DNA from: Octopus vulgaris
Taxonomy: Eukaryota
DNA length: 64,000 bases
Assembly (NCBI GenBank): GCA_951406725.2
Contig: OX597821.1
Location: 27,404,001-27,468,000, forward strand
Direction of reading: 5' to 3'
Under the pieces are notes generated by a model. It searched no databases and was not told the DNA's origin. It saw nothing but the letters and a program-made list of their open reading frames with translations. How positions within the stretch are numbered: the stretch's first letter is position 1; each line of letters begins with the position of its first letter. Positions 12,735-25,727 of the stretch are shown here, one piece after another. Both the position numbers and the translations under genes were made by a program.

Positions 12735-13400
12735 TCACCTAATGCTTTTTGGCCACTCAATTTTAGAAGGATCGTCCCCACATACGTCTTCCATTGTGTC
12801 CTGTCAAACCCAACTTTCTCTAATTGATCTGGCTGACCGACGCGAGACCATGCGAACTCATGGATGTTATGCAACAATCTTGCAAGTGGTCTACTTTTGC
12901 CTGTAAGACGTGTCCAACGATTTATTACTCCGTGGTATTGCAGCTGCGATCTCTCAATTCGGAGAAGTTGCGGCTCTATCTGGAGCGTCTCTCTGGTCTC
13001 TGAGCTACGCACACTACCGAGTAACGTTATTCCAAAGACCCTTCGTTTTTAATCCATCTCAGCCATTTGTATTCAAGATTGGATTCTTTCGGTCATTCCC
13101 CAAGATTATAGCTACCCTTCATATAAGCAAGAATAGGCACGGACATCGGATTGAAGACAGCAAGTTTGGCTTTTTACAAGTATCTTCTTTCTTCTGATGA
13201 ATAAATATTGAAGCTAACTCATTAACGCACGAGCTCCACAAATATTTGCAATTAATGCAGCCTCCTGTCATTTTTACATCATTCATGCTTACACTCTCAA
13301 GGTACTGGAACTTCTCTTGCTTTAGTGTAAATCTTCTCAAAAGTAGAGTATGCTTCGCAGGCTTGCTTTTGAAGATGAACATCCCAGTTTTCCAAGCCTT
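12735..13400 (-). mobile_element. Old RTE-clade LINE, 3' fragment
   Basis: LKQEKFQYLES (RT xxFxYLG motif), LLRIERSQLQYHG and LTGKSRP...LHNIH; many stops and frameshifts. Confidence 0.65.
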
Positions 13401-13629
13401 CGTTTTCCTTAAACCCGAGAAGCACTGAAAATTATGCGGTGCACGTTCGTTGATCTGTGATCCACTAAAATAAGACATTGCAATCGGTATATATAAAACA
13501 AATAAAGGAAGCATATAACATAATGGAAGAAACAACAAAACGAAGTATGTAGTTTTGTGACAACAACATAAGATTCACACGCTGAAATATCATATGGACA
13601 TGTAGTTGTAGAGAACTTGCAGAGGACCG

Positions 13630-13715
13630 ATAATAATAATGATGATGATGATAATGATGATGATGATGATGATGGTGATAATAATATGAATAATAATAAT
13701 AATAATAGTAATAAA

Positions 13716-13797
<82 letters not shown>
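13630..13797. repeat. Compound (GAT)n/(AAT)n microsatellite
   Basis: Direct inspection. Confidence 0.95.
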
Positions 13798-14506
13798 GCC
13801 CTGATGCAGTACCAGGCAGTGGCTCTATGCCCCGATGCAGTACCAGGCAGTGGCTCTATGCCCTGATGCAGTACCAGACAGTGGATAAATGCCCTGATGT
13901 AGTACCAGGCAGTGAATAAATGCCCTGATGCAGCACCAGGCAGTGGCTCTATGCCCTGATGCAGTACCAGGCAGTGGCTCTCATGGCTTCTGATCTTAAC
14001 TGATTGGAACTGTTATCATGTACATTGTTTTGTCTTGGTATAAAAGATGGGCTACAGCAATTATTCTGCTCAATACCACAGATTTGCTTGTCAGTTGTTT
14101 GACCTTAACCAGTTGAGCATGTCCCTTAGTGGCTGACGATATGTGCATCTCTGATCACGAGCAGATGTAGTGGGGGAGCATCATAGCCATGTGTTGAGAG
14201 GGATTCTTTGGGGTTTGAATAATTCACCTCTGGAAACATGGGTGGTTCTTTCAACATCCTTAAACAACCCTTATTCAGGGACCTTTTGAGCGGGATGGGC
14301 TACTCAACCTGAAGAAAATTCTAACTGGGCCCCACCTGCAAGGTCATGTGCTGTTTATCTTGATATGAAATCACCATGTCGCGCACATATGGTTGTGATG
14401 CATGTGCCTGGTGTACCTTTATCAGACGGGTAGTCATGATGGGTATATTGGGCTTCGTATATTTTACCCTAGTGTCACTTTGATGGCATGCACTGCTCTC
14501 TCACTC
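13798..14506. mobile_element. ~550-bp non-coding element embedded in (TAA)n, with a terminal 31-bp unit expanded to six copies
   Basis: Colinear with 54453-54997. Units of gccctgatgcagtaccaggcagtggctctat start at 13798, 13829, 13860, 13891, 13922 and 13953. Confidence 0.85.
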
Positions 14507-14581
14507 AATAATAATAATAATAATAATAATATGTTTTAATGTAAGGCATCTAAGGAAACCGGAAGGTTTTTCCTATATGGA

Positions 14582-14646
<65 letters not shown>

Positions 14647-14884
14647 CTTGTCTCAGATGCCCCGCCACAGAAATACGTGCGTGGAAATGTAAACACATGG
14701 ACTGCATTATTTGTATACGAAAACTGCTGACCTGTAAGTCATATTTAAAATTAAAAATTTTAATTACATATGCATCTATATTTATACAAGATCTCTCTCT
14801 ATATGCACATTGCTGTTTCTTCTCGGTCTCCCGCATATTCATCAAGAATAACGGTAAATGCTTAGGAAATATTTGCTGGTGATG

Positions 14885-15790
14885 CCTGTTGTTCTCGTCC
14901 CGGCGTAGTCAGTAGTGGAGGCCGTAGGCGGCGCAGGCAGCCAAATGAGTCGTTACTCTCCTCCTGAAACAATGAGGCCTTTGCCTCCAGTCATGATATG
15001 TATCGCCGTCCTGTTCTGGAGACGGTTATGGTCCGGGATTTTTGTGTGTGTGTTTCGGATTTCATCTGGAGAAGTATATCGATGTCAACCCCTTCCAATT
15101 CCTCCCTGGCAGTTCTTGTCGCCTCTATAGGGACAATATCCGTCCCTTTTCCCGATTACGCATCTCAGAAACGACCAAATATCTAGTCCTGGGAGGATTC
15201 TAGGAATGCGGACACAGGATGTACGTTCCCCCATGTGGGAGGGGTACATGATGACTTTGCTGGTTTTGGAGGCGGTCATTGAATGCTTCACAGCGAGGGC
15301 TTCTGATTTCAACAGCACCGAAATGCTGCAGTGTTGTTTACCCCTCGATATGTATTCGATGCCATGTCTGATGCACCTCAGCACCGCATCAATATTTTCT
15401 TGGGCTATCAAAGCCGCTTTTATCGTGTCTGTTGCGATGCATCTGTAAAGCACGTTCTTCTCTCCACTGCTTCTATTGCCTCTGATCTGAACGTCAGATT
15501 TGCCCAACCCAATTGTTCTCTTGTATAATAAGTTTCCATTCCCCTGGGATCATCTGCTCCCTATTTGTAAGGTCTATGGTGTATCGGTGGTTGGTTTTGG
15601 CTGCTGCTGTTGCAATATTATTTTTGATATTTTCATTTCTATTATTTTCGTTGTTTTTGTAGTTGTCACTGCTGCAGCTGCTGCCGTTGTCGTTGGCAAT
15701 GGTTTTGTTGTTGCTGCTGTCGTCACACTTAGGGTCCGAAAATCGCCCATCTGGGGGCTACACAACTATATAAAACCAGTAATAGGGTCT
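14885..15790 (-). mobile_element. Probable decayed LINE ORF1 (L1/Tx1-like gag) fragment
   Basis: 140-aa ORF at 15085-15507 in GC-richer sequence. A downstream frame gives RPHCFRRRVTTHLAAC (degenerate CCHC knuckle). Family assignment is inference. Confidence 0.45.
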
Positions 15791-15920
15791 TGATTCTTCT
15801 ATTCACAACTTTGAATAACATAATTATTGTAAAAAGACAGGAAACCTGGTGTAAATAAATATTTTGAACTGAACTTACTTGGAGCGTTCGAAATCAGATC
15901 CGATGTGTTCCGCAGTAAAA

Positions 15921-15982
<62 letters not shown>

Positions 15983-16214
15983 TATATATCTATAAATAAA
16001 TTATATTATCATTTATATATTAAGATAGTCAACACTCAGCCATCGAAACCCAAAAAAGAACTGAATGGGACACAAAGCATAGTGAGATCGACTACATATC
16101 AATCACCGAATCTAAACAGTCGGTATGTATCGCCATGATTTATACAATTCTTCAACCGAAAAACTGATTTGAAGCCCAGAAATTTCGATGTAATAATAAT
16201 TCGATTACATCGAT

Positions 16215-16600
16215 TCAAGAGATCAACTAGTGGCTATTTTATCGACCCCTAAGAGGATGAAAACAATGATGGCCCCTGCGGAATTTGTATTGAAGACGAT
16301 AAAGCGGATGAAATGCACTTAAACATTTTGTCCGGCGTGCCAACGATTTGGCCAGTTTGCTGTCATACTTTAACCGAAATATTGGTTTCAAATTTTGGTA
16401 CAAAGCCAGCAATTTCAGGCAGAGGGAGAAAAATTGATTACATCCAACTCAGTTCTCAAATGGAACTTATTTTATGAACCCCAAAATGGATAAAATGCAA
16501 AGCCAGCCTCGGTTGAATTTGAACTCAGATCGTTAAGATGGACGAAATAGTGCTATGCATTGTGCCCGGAATGCTAACGATTCGGCCAACACACCACCTG
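16215..16600 (-). mobile_element. Two degenerate family C SINE copies in tandem
   Basis: Each shows ttttatcgacccc...ggatgaaa...gaatttg...aagatggacgaaat-like segments. Confidence 0.7.
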
Positions 16601-17220
16601 ATTGTAACCGAAATATTAAAAGCTATTAACATCAGAAAAGATAAATAGTGGTCAACGTTATTCGAAAATAAACAAAGAAATAACATGAAACAGCGAAAGA
16701 AATAGTCGCAACGAGCATGGATTTAACATAGACTTTGCTTCAACGTTAAATTCAAAACTGAGAAATTGAGGGACACAGTCTTTAAGATATTGCCAAAACA
16801 ATTTAAGAAATGAATTAAAATAATTTAACAATTGCAGCTTTTGGGAATTAACGAGTACAATATATCGGAACTGTAATACCGCACAAAAGTCGAGAAAGGT
16901 ATACCTTTATTAAGTAAATGCTTAAAGCAGAACAAGCTGTAATAAAAATGTAACAGTTACGCATGAAGAAAGTGTTCATGTACTACGTTAAAGTTACAAT
17001 GTTTTCAACTGTTGTCAACAAGGCGAATTATCAAAACCATACCGGAACAGAAAGAATGTTATTTGTGTATAGTCTAAGAGCGAAAATATCGTTATATTTC
17101 CCGTGAACATCTAGAAGTACAAGTTGAATTTTATAAGGAAATACTTAATACTGGCAACATAATAACAATAATGATGATGATGATGATGATGATGATAATA
17201 GTAACAACAACAACAACAGC

Positions 17221-17273
<53 letters not shown>

Positions 17274-17529
17274 TAATAATAAATTAATGCATATTACGAA
17301 AAACGTAATTGTAAAGTACACGAAAGCACAAAAAAAGTTCTGTCTCACAGATGACAACAAATAAAAATCAGAGACTAAGATCAAAGATAGAAATGAGATA
17401 CAACAACGTACATTATTTTTAAACAAATTAATTAAAACTGGTATTGTAAGTTATTGTGCCGACACGTTGGCAACCAAAACCGTACATGGCTAATAACTGA
17501 CAAAAATTGGCAAAGCGGAATGAGATAAA

Positions 17530-17755
17530 AAAAGAGAATTGTGTTTCACAAGCTATGGAGTCGAGAAACTACCAACACATATAACGAAAATATATATAAT
17601 ACAAAACGCGGTAGCAGAATATGTGGAGTGTGTGAAGAGACAATCAATCACATTATTTTTGGCTGTCCAGTTTTAGCCGAAACAAGATATATAAAAATAA
17701 TTGACAGAACGTGTTGTTTCATACACATGGAAATTTACCACATTATACAGAGGTA
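17530..17755 (+). mobile_element. R4/Dong-like non-LTR retrotransposon fragment (CCHC knuckle region)
   Basis: [32 protein letters not shown]...FIH matches CRxCxxxxETIxHIxxGCxxLAxxxYxxRHD. It lies downstream of the (AAT)n tract at 17160-17282. Confidence 0.7.
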
Positions 17756-17801
<46 letters not shown>

Positions 17802-17902
17802 TGCATCTATACATATATATGCGTGTATAGATATATGTATATATATATATATATTTAAATACACCCCTACATATATATGTATATTCGTATATATATATAT
17901 AT

Positions 17903-17941
<39 letters not shown>

Positions 17942-18046
17942 TGTGTATATATATATATATACACGCACACATATATATGTATGTATACACGCACACACGT
18001 ATATATGTATGTATTTACATGTATTTACATATAGGAATATGTATGT

Positions 18047-18098
<52 letters not shown>

Positions 18099-18789
18099 TT
18101 CTATATATATAAACACATACATGTACACGGAGAAAAGACAATATTCACAACTGAATGTGGAGTTTTATATTATGTAAATGTGGAAATGTACATATTGGAA
18201 GCTTTTATTTCCGAAGGCTGTTTGCTTTGTTCTTCGCTTCCGAACTGCGTACGATTAAGAGCAACCGTGGCTGTATAAAAATTACTAAAAGACAACTAGT
18301 TAGATGTTTGAATATGAATACAAATTTAAACTGTTTGTGTAACGCAAAATAAACAAGTATAAGTGATTCATATAGGTTAAGTGCCTAACAAAATTATTTC
18401 GTAGAGAAAAGGGCTTATAAAATAGCATAAAACATGTATTTAACGGGAAGTGAAAGTGATTTGGTTTAGAAGAAGGCACATGTACTCAGAGGAAAAAGGG
18501 TTTGCTGTGATATAGTAGCTAAAATGGTGTACAAATTCACAAATATATGTCAAAATAATAAACTGCTCCCTTAATAGATTTATATTGAATGCTCCTTGTA
18601 TGACCTAGTTATTGTACACAATGATTATATATTCAAAAATAAGATTCTCGTTTGAATTTTGGTGTAGTTAACTAGGTAAAAGAAAAGAAAAGTATTTCAG
18701 AATTAAACTATTCTTATCCCCAAATTTATTTCTCGACTAACGGAAAAGATGAAAAATTTGTTAAGTTTCATCTTCACCTAAAGGATCCT

Positions 18790-18861
18790 ATACATACATA
18801 CATACATACATACATACATACATACATACATACATACATACATACATACATACATACATAC
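18790..18861. repeat. (TACA)n microsatellite
   Basis: Direct inspection. Confidence 0.95.
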
Positions 18862-18869
18862 GTATATAC

Positions 18870-20830
18870 TTGCTAAAGTTCCAGTGAGAATAGTCAAAGC
18901 AATAGCTGACCAGACTCCATCGTGGACCAGCATCTTGAAATTAGGCATAAAAAAGTGATTGTATTGTCATCGATATAATACAGTATCGCAAAGGCATATT
19001 CCAAAGAGACAGCTTCTCTGTGATGTTTATACTTTCTGTAAACCCCTTGTCATACATGTTAAAGAAGCTTGAATGTCACCTCACTGGCTCACATGGAAAC
19101 ACAAATACCAAAATTACACAGTTTTTCTGTGGCTGACTTAAAACCTTATGCTAATATCATGTATGAGATGAAAAAGAGCCTTGGATTATTTACAATATTC
19201 TCAAAGGATATAAGGTCGGAGTTTGGACAGGATAATTGTTGTTTTATGGTTACAAAAAGAGGTGAAATTATAAAACTGTGTAGTAACATATCCATCAATG
19301 ATTTGACTGTTTCCCCTGTAACTCTGCATGAAAATATATCTTACAATGACACCTGTAACTAAACACGTGTTACTAAAGAATATTACAGCCGAATAAAGAA
19401 AATGTGATCCTCAGGACTCTCTGCATTCAATAAAACAGTGGCCAACAAGGTGTTTGCATTGGCAGTACTAATACCAACATTTGGGCTGCTTCATTGGACG
19501 CTTGATGAGATCCGAGCCATTGATGTGAAAACCCGAAAAATACTAACAAGCTCACACAGTTTCCACATAAGCAGTGACGTAGACCTAAAACGAAAACAGG
19601 GCGGCAGAAGCTATGCCTTTGAATGTCGCATCATATCCCTTCAGCAATATCTTTTAACCCCCAAGTGTCGGAGTTCATCCTTTCATTAATTTTGCATACA
19701 TAAGGTTGATAACATCATGAGATTTGGAAAGCAACCCCTTGAGCAACACTCTGTGTCTCATAACCTGGGAAACATGCCCAAAGACGTCGCATGACTCTAC
19801 TGCAAATTATCATCATAGGAGAGGATGCGCCTATATAAGCAGAAGACTATGAATATGTTAGTATAAAGCGCTGGGATGATTGTAACTTCGATCATCAAAT
19901 CAGTTTATCATGGACCAGTATTCAGATTACTTCCTCCCACTTTGAAAGGAATGCGTTTGCAATCCATGAACAGGAAATTTCAACCAAGTACCTGATGCAC
20001 AAAAGCGATAGAGATGAGGGAAAACCAGCAAAATATGACAATCGATGCAGAGTTTCTGGAGCTCACAGTGACGATATCACCCACATCATAAACAGTTGTC
20101 CGAAAATGTCATCACGGTGTTATTTACCGATGAGGCATGATGTTTTAAGTAAGACATTACATAAAGAAATCCGTCGGAACGATGATCCCGAGGACAAGGA
20201 AATAAAAACCCACAATATGGTACAATCCATAGCCACTCATAATATAAAGGAATACCAGCGGAATGTTCCAGTGATGATAGTAAAAAAGTATAAGCACAAC
20301 AGACCCCATATAATGAACTGGGAGAGAGAAGATAAACTGTGCACAGAGAAGAGAAATTGCGCACATTTGTGGAAATTAGCTGCCCAGTGGATGTTAACAG
20401 AAAGCTGAAGATCAGGGAAAAAGAGAAAACCTGTGCTGAACTATAGAGAAATCTGCATTTACTTTAACCAAACTGCACGTTTAGAATTATACGTGTAATT
20501 ATTGGGGCGCTGGGATATGTAATAGACTTCCTAAATGCCAATCTTGAGTAATTAGGCTTCTCAAAATCAGAAAGGTGAAAAATAATTCGAATACTACAGA
20601 TCCAATCCATCACTGGAGCTGTAAACTATATGTATACGAATATATACAGAAACCATACAAATCTGCATATAAATACATACATACATACATACCTATATAC
20701 ATACATGCATACATACATACAAGCAAAAATACCCTGTTAATGATGAAATTCCAATGAAGATTTGGATCTAGGTTAGAAACCGGTTCTTCCCCTATTGGTA
20801 AGAAATCTTGAAATAAACTAAATAATGACA
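18870..20830 (+). mobile_element. 5'-truncated R4/Dong-like (RLE-type) non-LTR retrotransposon, decayed
   Basis: YRKGIFQRDSFSVMFILSVNPLSY (RT QGD motif), HSFSVADLKPYA (FxDD motif), KQGGR, CRVSGAHSDDITHIINSC...YLPMRHD and KHNRPHIM...EISCPVD (PD-(D/E)xK-type endonuclease). TACA repeats at both ends. Confidence 0.88.
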
Positions 20831-20973
20831 TGCATATGTACATACATACATGGATAATAGATATATACAAGCATTCATACAGATATCTATGTATATACAA
20901 ACACGTACACTACTTTCATACTTACGTATATGCATGTCTCGCATGAGTAAATATGTGCATATGTACTATATAA

Positions 20974-21027
<54 letters not shown>

Positions 21028-22401
21028 AATAACCAGACATATATGTAGCTACACGGAATGATTACGAATGATGGCAATCAGGGAATAATTACGAAGCAAC
21101 ATAAAATATGAGGTTAATATACACTTTCATTGAAAATATTATCGCTGCCGTTAGCAATAAGACATACACGGCTCGAAATGATTTCTTTTTTATTCCTTGA
21201 GCAAAATTATTAGATTCTCTGCAAGAGAAAATCTTTTGGAATGGTGTTTCAACATTGCCGATTCGTTAATATTCTTTAGCCCCTAGTAAACTGTTTAATT
21301 CACCTAAATAAGAGAAAATCTGATAGTGGTAACTCTGAGAAAATAATGAGAGTGTGTTCGAGTTCCCCAAGATAATGTATTATTTCTTTTCTTTTGTTAT
21401 CCACGCTGGATGTGGAGTTGCAGGTTTAGGTTCCGACTTCCCTTCTCCATATAATTTATAAGCCTACTCTGCTAATATTACACAGTGGACATCTTGAATA
21501 TGTCTCCGATTTCTTCACCCTGGATTCTAGTCAATTGTAATTTTCAGTGAGTCTTTATTGAACATAGAATTTTCCCCTAATCGATACCAATTCAAAAAAT
21601 AGAAACCACCATTTTCGAATTTTTTTCATCCGTAATTTTCTATTACTCACACAATCAGGATATACAGTATGTATGCTGTTTCCCTTACATGCATTGCACT
21701 GTTGCTCTTACGGAATTCATAAAGCACGCAATGCTGAATATTAAGTTCATTAAATCCCTGAATATCATAGACTATCAAATACAACGTATACACATATGGC
21801 GCGTATCAACATTAACATTTGGACAATAAATTTAGGTTGATTAGTTAATTGCAAGCGCATCCTTTATCTCCTAGTAAACGATGTGTGCTATGATGTGTGA
21901 GTGTGTCCTTGAAACAAGGACATTAACCTTTGGTATACCTAATATATCCGAGATTTTATGTGTATCTCTGTCTGTCTTTATCTGTATATCTCTATATATG
22001 TCTCTCTCGCTATATATAAGGATATATGGGGAGAGAGAGAAACAGAGAAGGAAAGAGAGAAAGAGAAATAGTGAAGGAAAGAGAGAAAGAGAGAGGAAGA
22101 GAGAGCGAAAGAGGATTGACTGATATATTGATGAGTAATCGCTAGATAATGCAGTGAAAGCAAAAACACCCAAATACAGTATTTAAGAATGTAACGACCG
22201 CATAACCTGTTATATTAAGAAGACATGAATACTTCACTTTCTCATAATATGGAACTCGAAGTTGATAGCGTAAGATGTGAATAAGGAGCATTACGGAATG
22301 CAATTAAATAATGCAAGTTAGTTTGTTCTCCAGTTCATCTTTTCTACCATTCCACTGCTCTGCATACATTATATCACAATACGCCAGGTGTTACACACAT
22401 A

Positions 22402-22890
22402 TCTCCTCCTCGGCATCCGTCCGTCTCGAGAGACGATGTTGTAGCTCGGAAAAGGTGGTGGGTTTATCTGCACGTCCTGGTGTGGCTGTGCAGACCAATC
22501 AGCGAGTGGCAGTCTCTACCACATCTGGTGCAAGTGAAAGGGGATGAGAGGTGTGGTTGCTGCTGCTGCTCCTTTCGCCTGGTTCTCTTTAGTTTGGCAG
22601 TAGTGGTCCTCAGGTTCTCTGCTGTCGCAGCACCGTACTTGACTCTGTGTCGCCAGGCGCCTCTGTTGGCAGCGGCGGATTCCCATGTTTGGGTGTTGAT
22701 CTGGCATAGCTTTAGGTCCTTCTTGCAGATATCCTTGAAGCGCAGTTTGGGGCGTCCCATTGGTCTGGAGCCTTCAGCTAGCTGTCCGTACAGTAGGTCC
22801 TTTGGAATCCGTCCTACATCCATTCGGCTGACATGACCTAGCCACCGAAGACGCCTCTCAGAAAGTGATGTTTGCATGCTGTACATACTG
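22402..22890 (-). mobile_element. Young RTE (BovB-like) LINE 3' end
   Basis: Uninterrupted RRLRWLGHVSRMDVGRIPKDLLYGQLAEGSRPMGRPKLRFKD...CTRCGRDCHSLIGLHSH, short 3' UTR and (GAG)n tail. Much more GC-rich than its flanks. Confidence 0.92.
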
Positions 22891-23434
22891 TACATATATA
22901 AGGAACTAAATACAAATTATAAGACTATTATTAATGAACTGAAAGAAAATAATATGTGATTAAATCAACATTGGCAAAACTTCGACAGTCATGTCACTTG
23001 TGATATAATCAAAGTTTTTAAGTGACACGCAATGGGCTTTTTCCTTGTCATAAAAGTCTCGCTGTATTTGACACGTAATTTAAAAAAATGCAACCGTTAA
23101 TCTGAATTATTTGCTATTATCTAATGATGCAACACTTTCTATTACAACTTATTTCTTAGTTACAAGTAACTTTTTTTATTGACAAGTTAGCGAATTAACA
23201 ATTTATTGGCCGACTATGCAGGCTAACACGATTTGACAAGTGCACGATTCAGCTTCCCTCAGCAGAATAACAGAGGCATCGGTTTCTTAAAAATTCCCTC
23301 AAACAACCATAAAATTAAGTAGGTCAAAAGTTAGCTCATTGAAGTGTGATATTCTCTATAAGTGTAACAAAGCTCTTAGTATTTCGTGTGAAACGCTCAT
23401 TGTGAGTGGAACTTGCAACGCAAAAGAAGTATGT

Positions 23435-23650
23435 TTTACTTTTATCTTGTTTCAGTCATTTGATTACAGTCATGCTGGAGTGACATCCCGAAGGGCCTTA
23501 GTCGAAAAGCTCGACTACAGATTATATTTTTAAACCTCGCTCTTAATGTGTGGGTACTTTTTGCCGAACCACTAGGGTAGATGACGTAAACAAATTAACA
23601 TCATTTATTATGTGGTAGGGGACGCAAACTCACACAAAATGATAAGCACA
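23435..23650 (-). mobile_element. Family B SINE, degenerate 3' half
   Basis: ttgtttcagtcatttgattacagtcatgctggag matches the family B tail. Confidence 0.7.
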
Positions 23651-23672
23651 CACATATGTAATATATGTACAG

Positions 23673-23752
<80 letters not shown>

Positions 23753-23810
23753 TACATACATACACCCTCCACACAGATATGTACACACATATACACATAC
23801 ATACATACAT

Positions 23811-24006
23811 AGCTGGCAAAAATGAGTTGTACTTTATTTCAAAGGGTCAGCCTTGTCACTCTCTGTGTCACGCTGATTATCCCCGAGAACTACGTTAAGA
23901 GTACACGTGTCTGTGGAATGCTCAGCCATTTGCACGTTAATTTCACGAGCAAGCTGTTCCGGTGATCGTATCAGCTGGGACCCTCGTCGTCGTAACCGGC
24001 GGAGAC
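23811..24006 (+). mobile_element. Probable SINE 3' fragment of another family
   Basis: GC-richer island between microsatellites, no ORF, SINE-tail-like composition. Single copy in the window. Confidence 0.4.
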
Positions 24007-24073
24007 TTTTAAAGATATATATATATATATATATATATACATACATAAATATGTGTGTGTGTGTGTGTGTGTG

Positions 24074-24604
24074 TATAAGAGGGGGCAGAGAAGACGGACG
24101 TTTTTGCAAAGAACTCACAAAATTATTAATTATAGTTGCAACCAAATTTTATTGACATTAATGTGTTCGTATTGAATTAGCATTTCTCAAAATCAGGAGT
24201 GGAAAACAACATCTAGCATGTGGTGTCCGTTTTCGTTGATGCATTGTGAAAGGTGGTCTGACGTGTTCCGTACCGTTTGTACTACACACACCGGGCTCTC
24301 ATTTATTAGTATACCGCGTGTACAATGTGCATTCACCTAACTTACGATTGTGTTACGAGTGGGAACAGCTTGATTTCAGTGAACGTTGAAATGGCGCCGA
24401 AACTCACGCTGAACAGCTGTAACAGAAACATTAGTCTTCACGTAACTGTCGGAGAGAAACACGCGATACACTGTCGTCTACAGCGCTTGAAAATAAAATA
24501 AAAAGCTAAGACATCATAGCAGAATGGTATCTTTCAGATATATGTCCCTTACCCTGGGGCTGAGTGATAGCCATTTGAAAAAAGCCTTAGTCCTGTCTGC
24601 GCCA

Positions 24605-24609
<5 letters not shown>
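24074..24609 (-). mobile_element. Internally deleted Tc1/mariner-superfamily element (DUF4817-like N-terminus)
   Basis: Minus strand SYVKTNVSVTAVQREFRRHFNVH*NQAVPTRNTIVS*VNA, joined to a C-terminal-like LSQCINENGH. Degenerate TIRs gagggggcagagaagac / gtcctgtctgcgccacc flanked by TA. Confidence 0.7.
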
Positions 24610-24654
<45 letters not shown>

Positions 24655-25595
24655 GACCTGTTTCCACAGTCTCTGTCCACAAATCTCGCTCGAAAGTTGT
24701 TTTTTTTTATCGTCTTGAAGCTATAGTAAATGTCATTTAATGAATGGGGCCCTGCAGTGAGACTGATGAGGAAATCGTTATCTCCTTAATCACTCAACAA
24801 TATCGTGTCGGTAATAGGAAAGAATTGACTGCCCCCATAATGACCAGGAATACCAAGAGCCTAAACAGGATCAGCCTCGATCACAACACTTATTTAAATT
24901 CTAGTGCTTCACACATTATGGCTGATCATGGTAAATTAATCTGTTTGCTGTGTGTGCATAATTGGTAAAAGTACAAATTTTCATAAAACGTTGTGTATTA
25001 TAATTGGTGTGAATTATATAATAACAAGTAGTAATATAGTAATAATGAAAATTACGATAGTAAATTTAAACACGAATTCAAATTGGAAGGTATTTCAATT
25101 GTTAAGACTACTTCGTTTTAGTCTTGATTACATCACGTATATTATTTCATCTTCACGCCTAGCTTTCATTGCATTATGATTTTACGGATAGGATTTGAGA
25201 ATGTTAAGAAAATTTGGCATAAAAATATCCCGAAAAAAGCATTAGCAATTTTGTCAGTAATAAGTTTCAGGAAAATCAAATACACTTGCAAAGAAACGTT
25301 TTGGCTATGACAGTGGTGCCTCACACATGAAAAGTTCGGTTTGTAAATCAAATTAATGAAATTCATCGCTCGCTATTTTCTTTCCTATTGCGTTATATAT
25401 CAGGACATTATGCAAAATGATATTCAAAGATGAAAGCTATCTTCCTCATAGTTGCTAGTGTCTGTAGAAACTAAATGCAAGGTTACATCTATATTCATTT
25501 CAAACTTTTTTCGAGAGGTTTGCTTGAGTTTGTGAAGTGTTTGAAACGTGGTCAATTAGTTAATATACTTTATGAATGATTATATAAAATCAGTA

Positions 25596-25727
25596 CGTTT
25601 ATATATTTGTTGTGCAAGATTTTTTATGTGAAGTCGTGTGCTGAAACAAAATAACACCAAATATATAGTGCGTGTGTTTTTATTGGCTAAACTGACAAAA
25701 TGACCATTCCGGAATATAACAATATAT
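25596..25727 (-). mobile_element. Minimal insertion of the 3795 PLE family (tail plus inverted pLTR end only)
   Basis: 25596-25648 matches 3795-3848; 25649-25722 matches 5310-5383. Confidence 0.85.

Noticed and set aside
13798-13983. 31-bp direct repeats resembling a CRISPR array
   Set aside because: Units are contiguous without unique spacers, there are no cas genes, and the context is eukaryotic.
20735-20795. TGATGA/TGAAGA...GAAACCGGTT in the R4-like 3' UTR as a hammerhead
   Set aside because: It lacks C3 and I could not find convincing stem I or stem II pairing.
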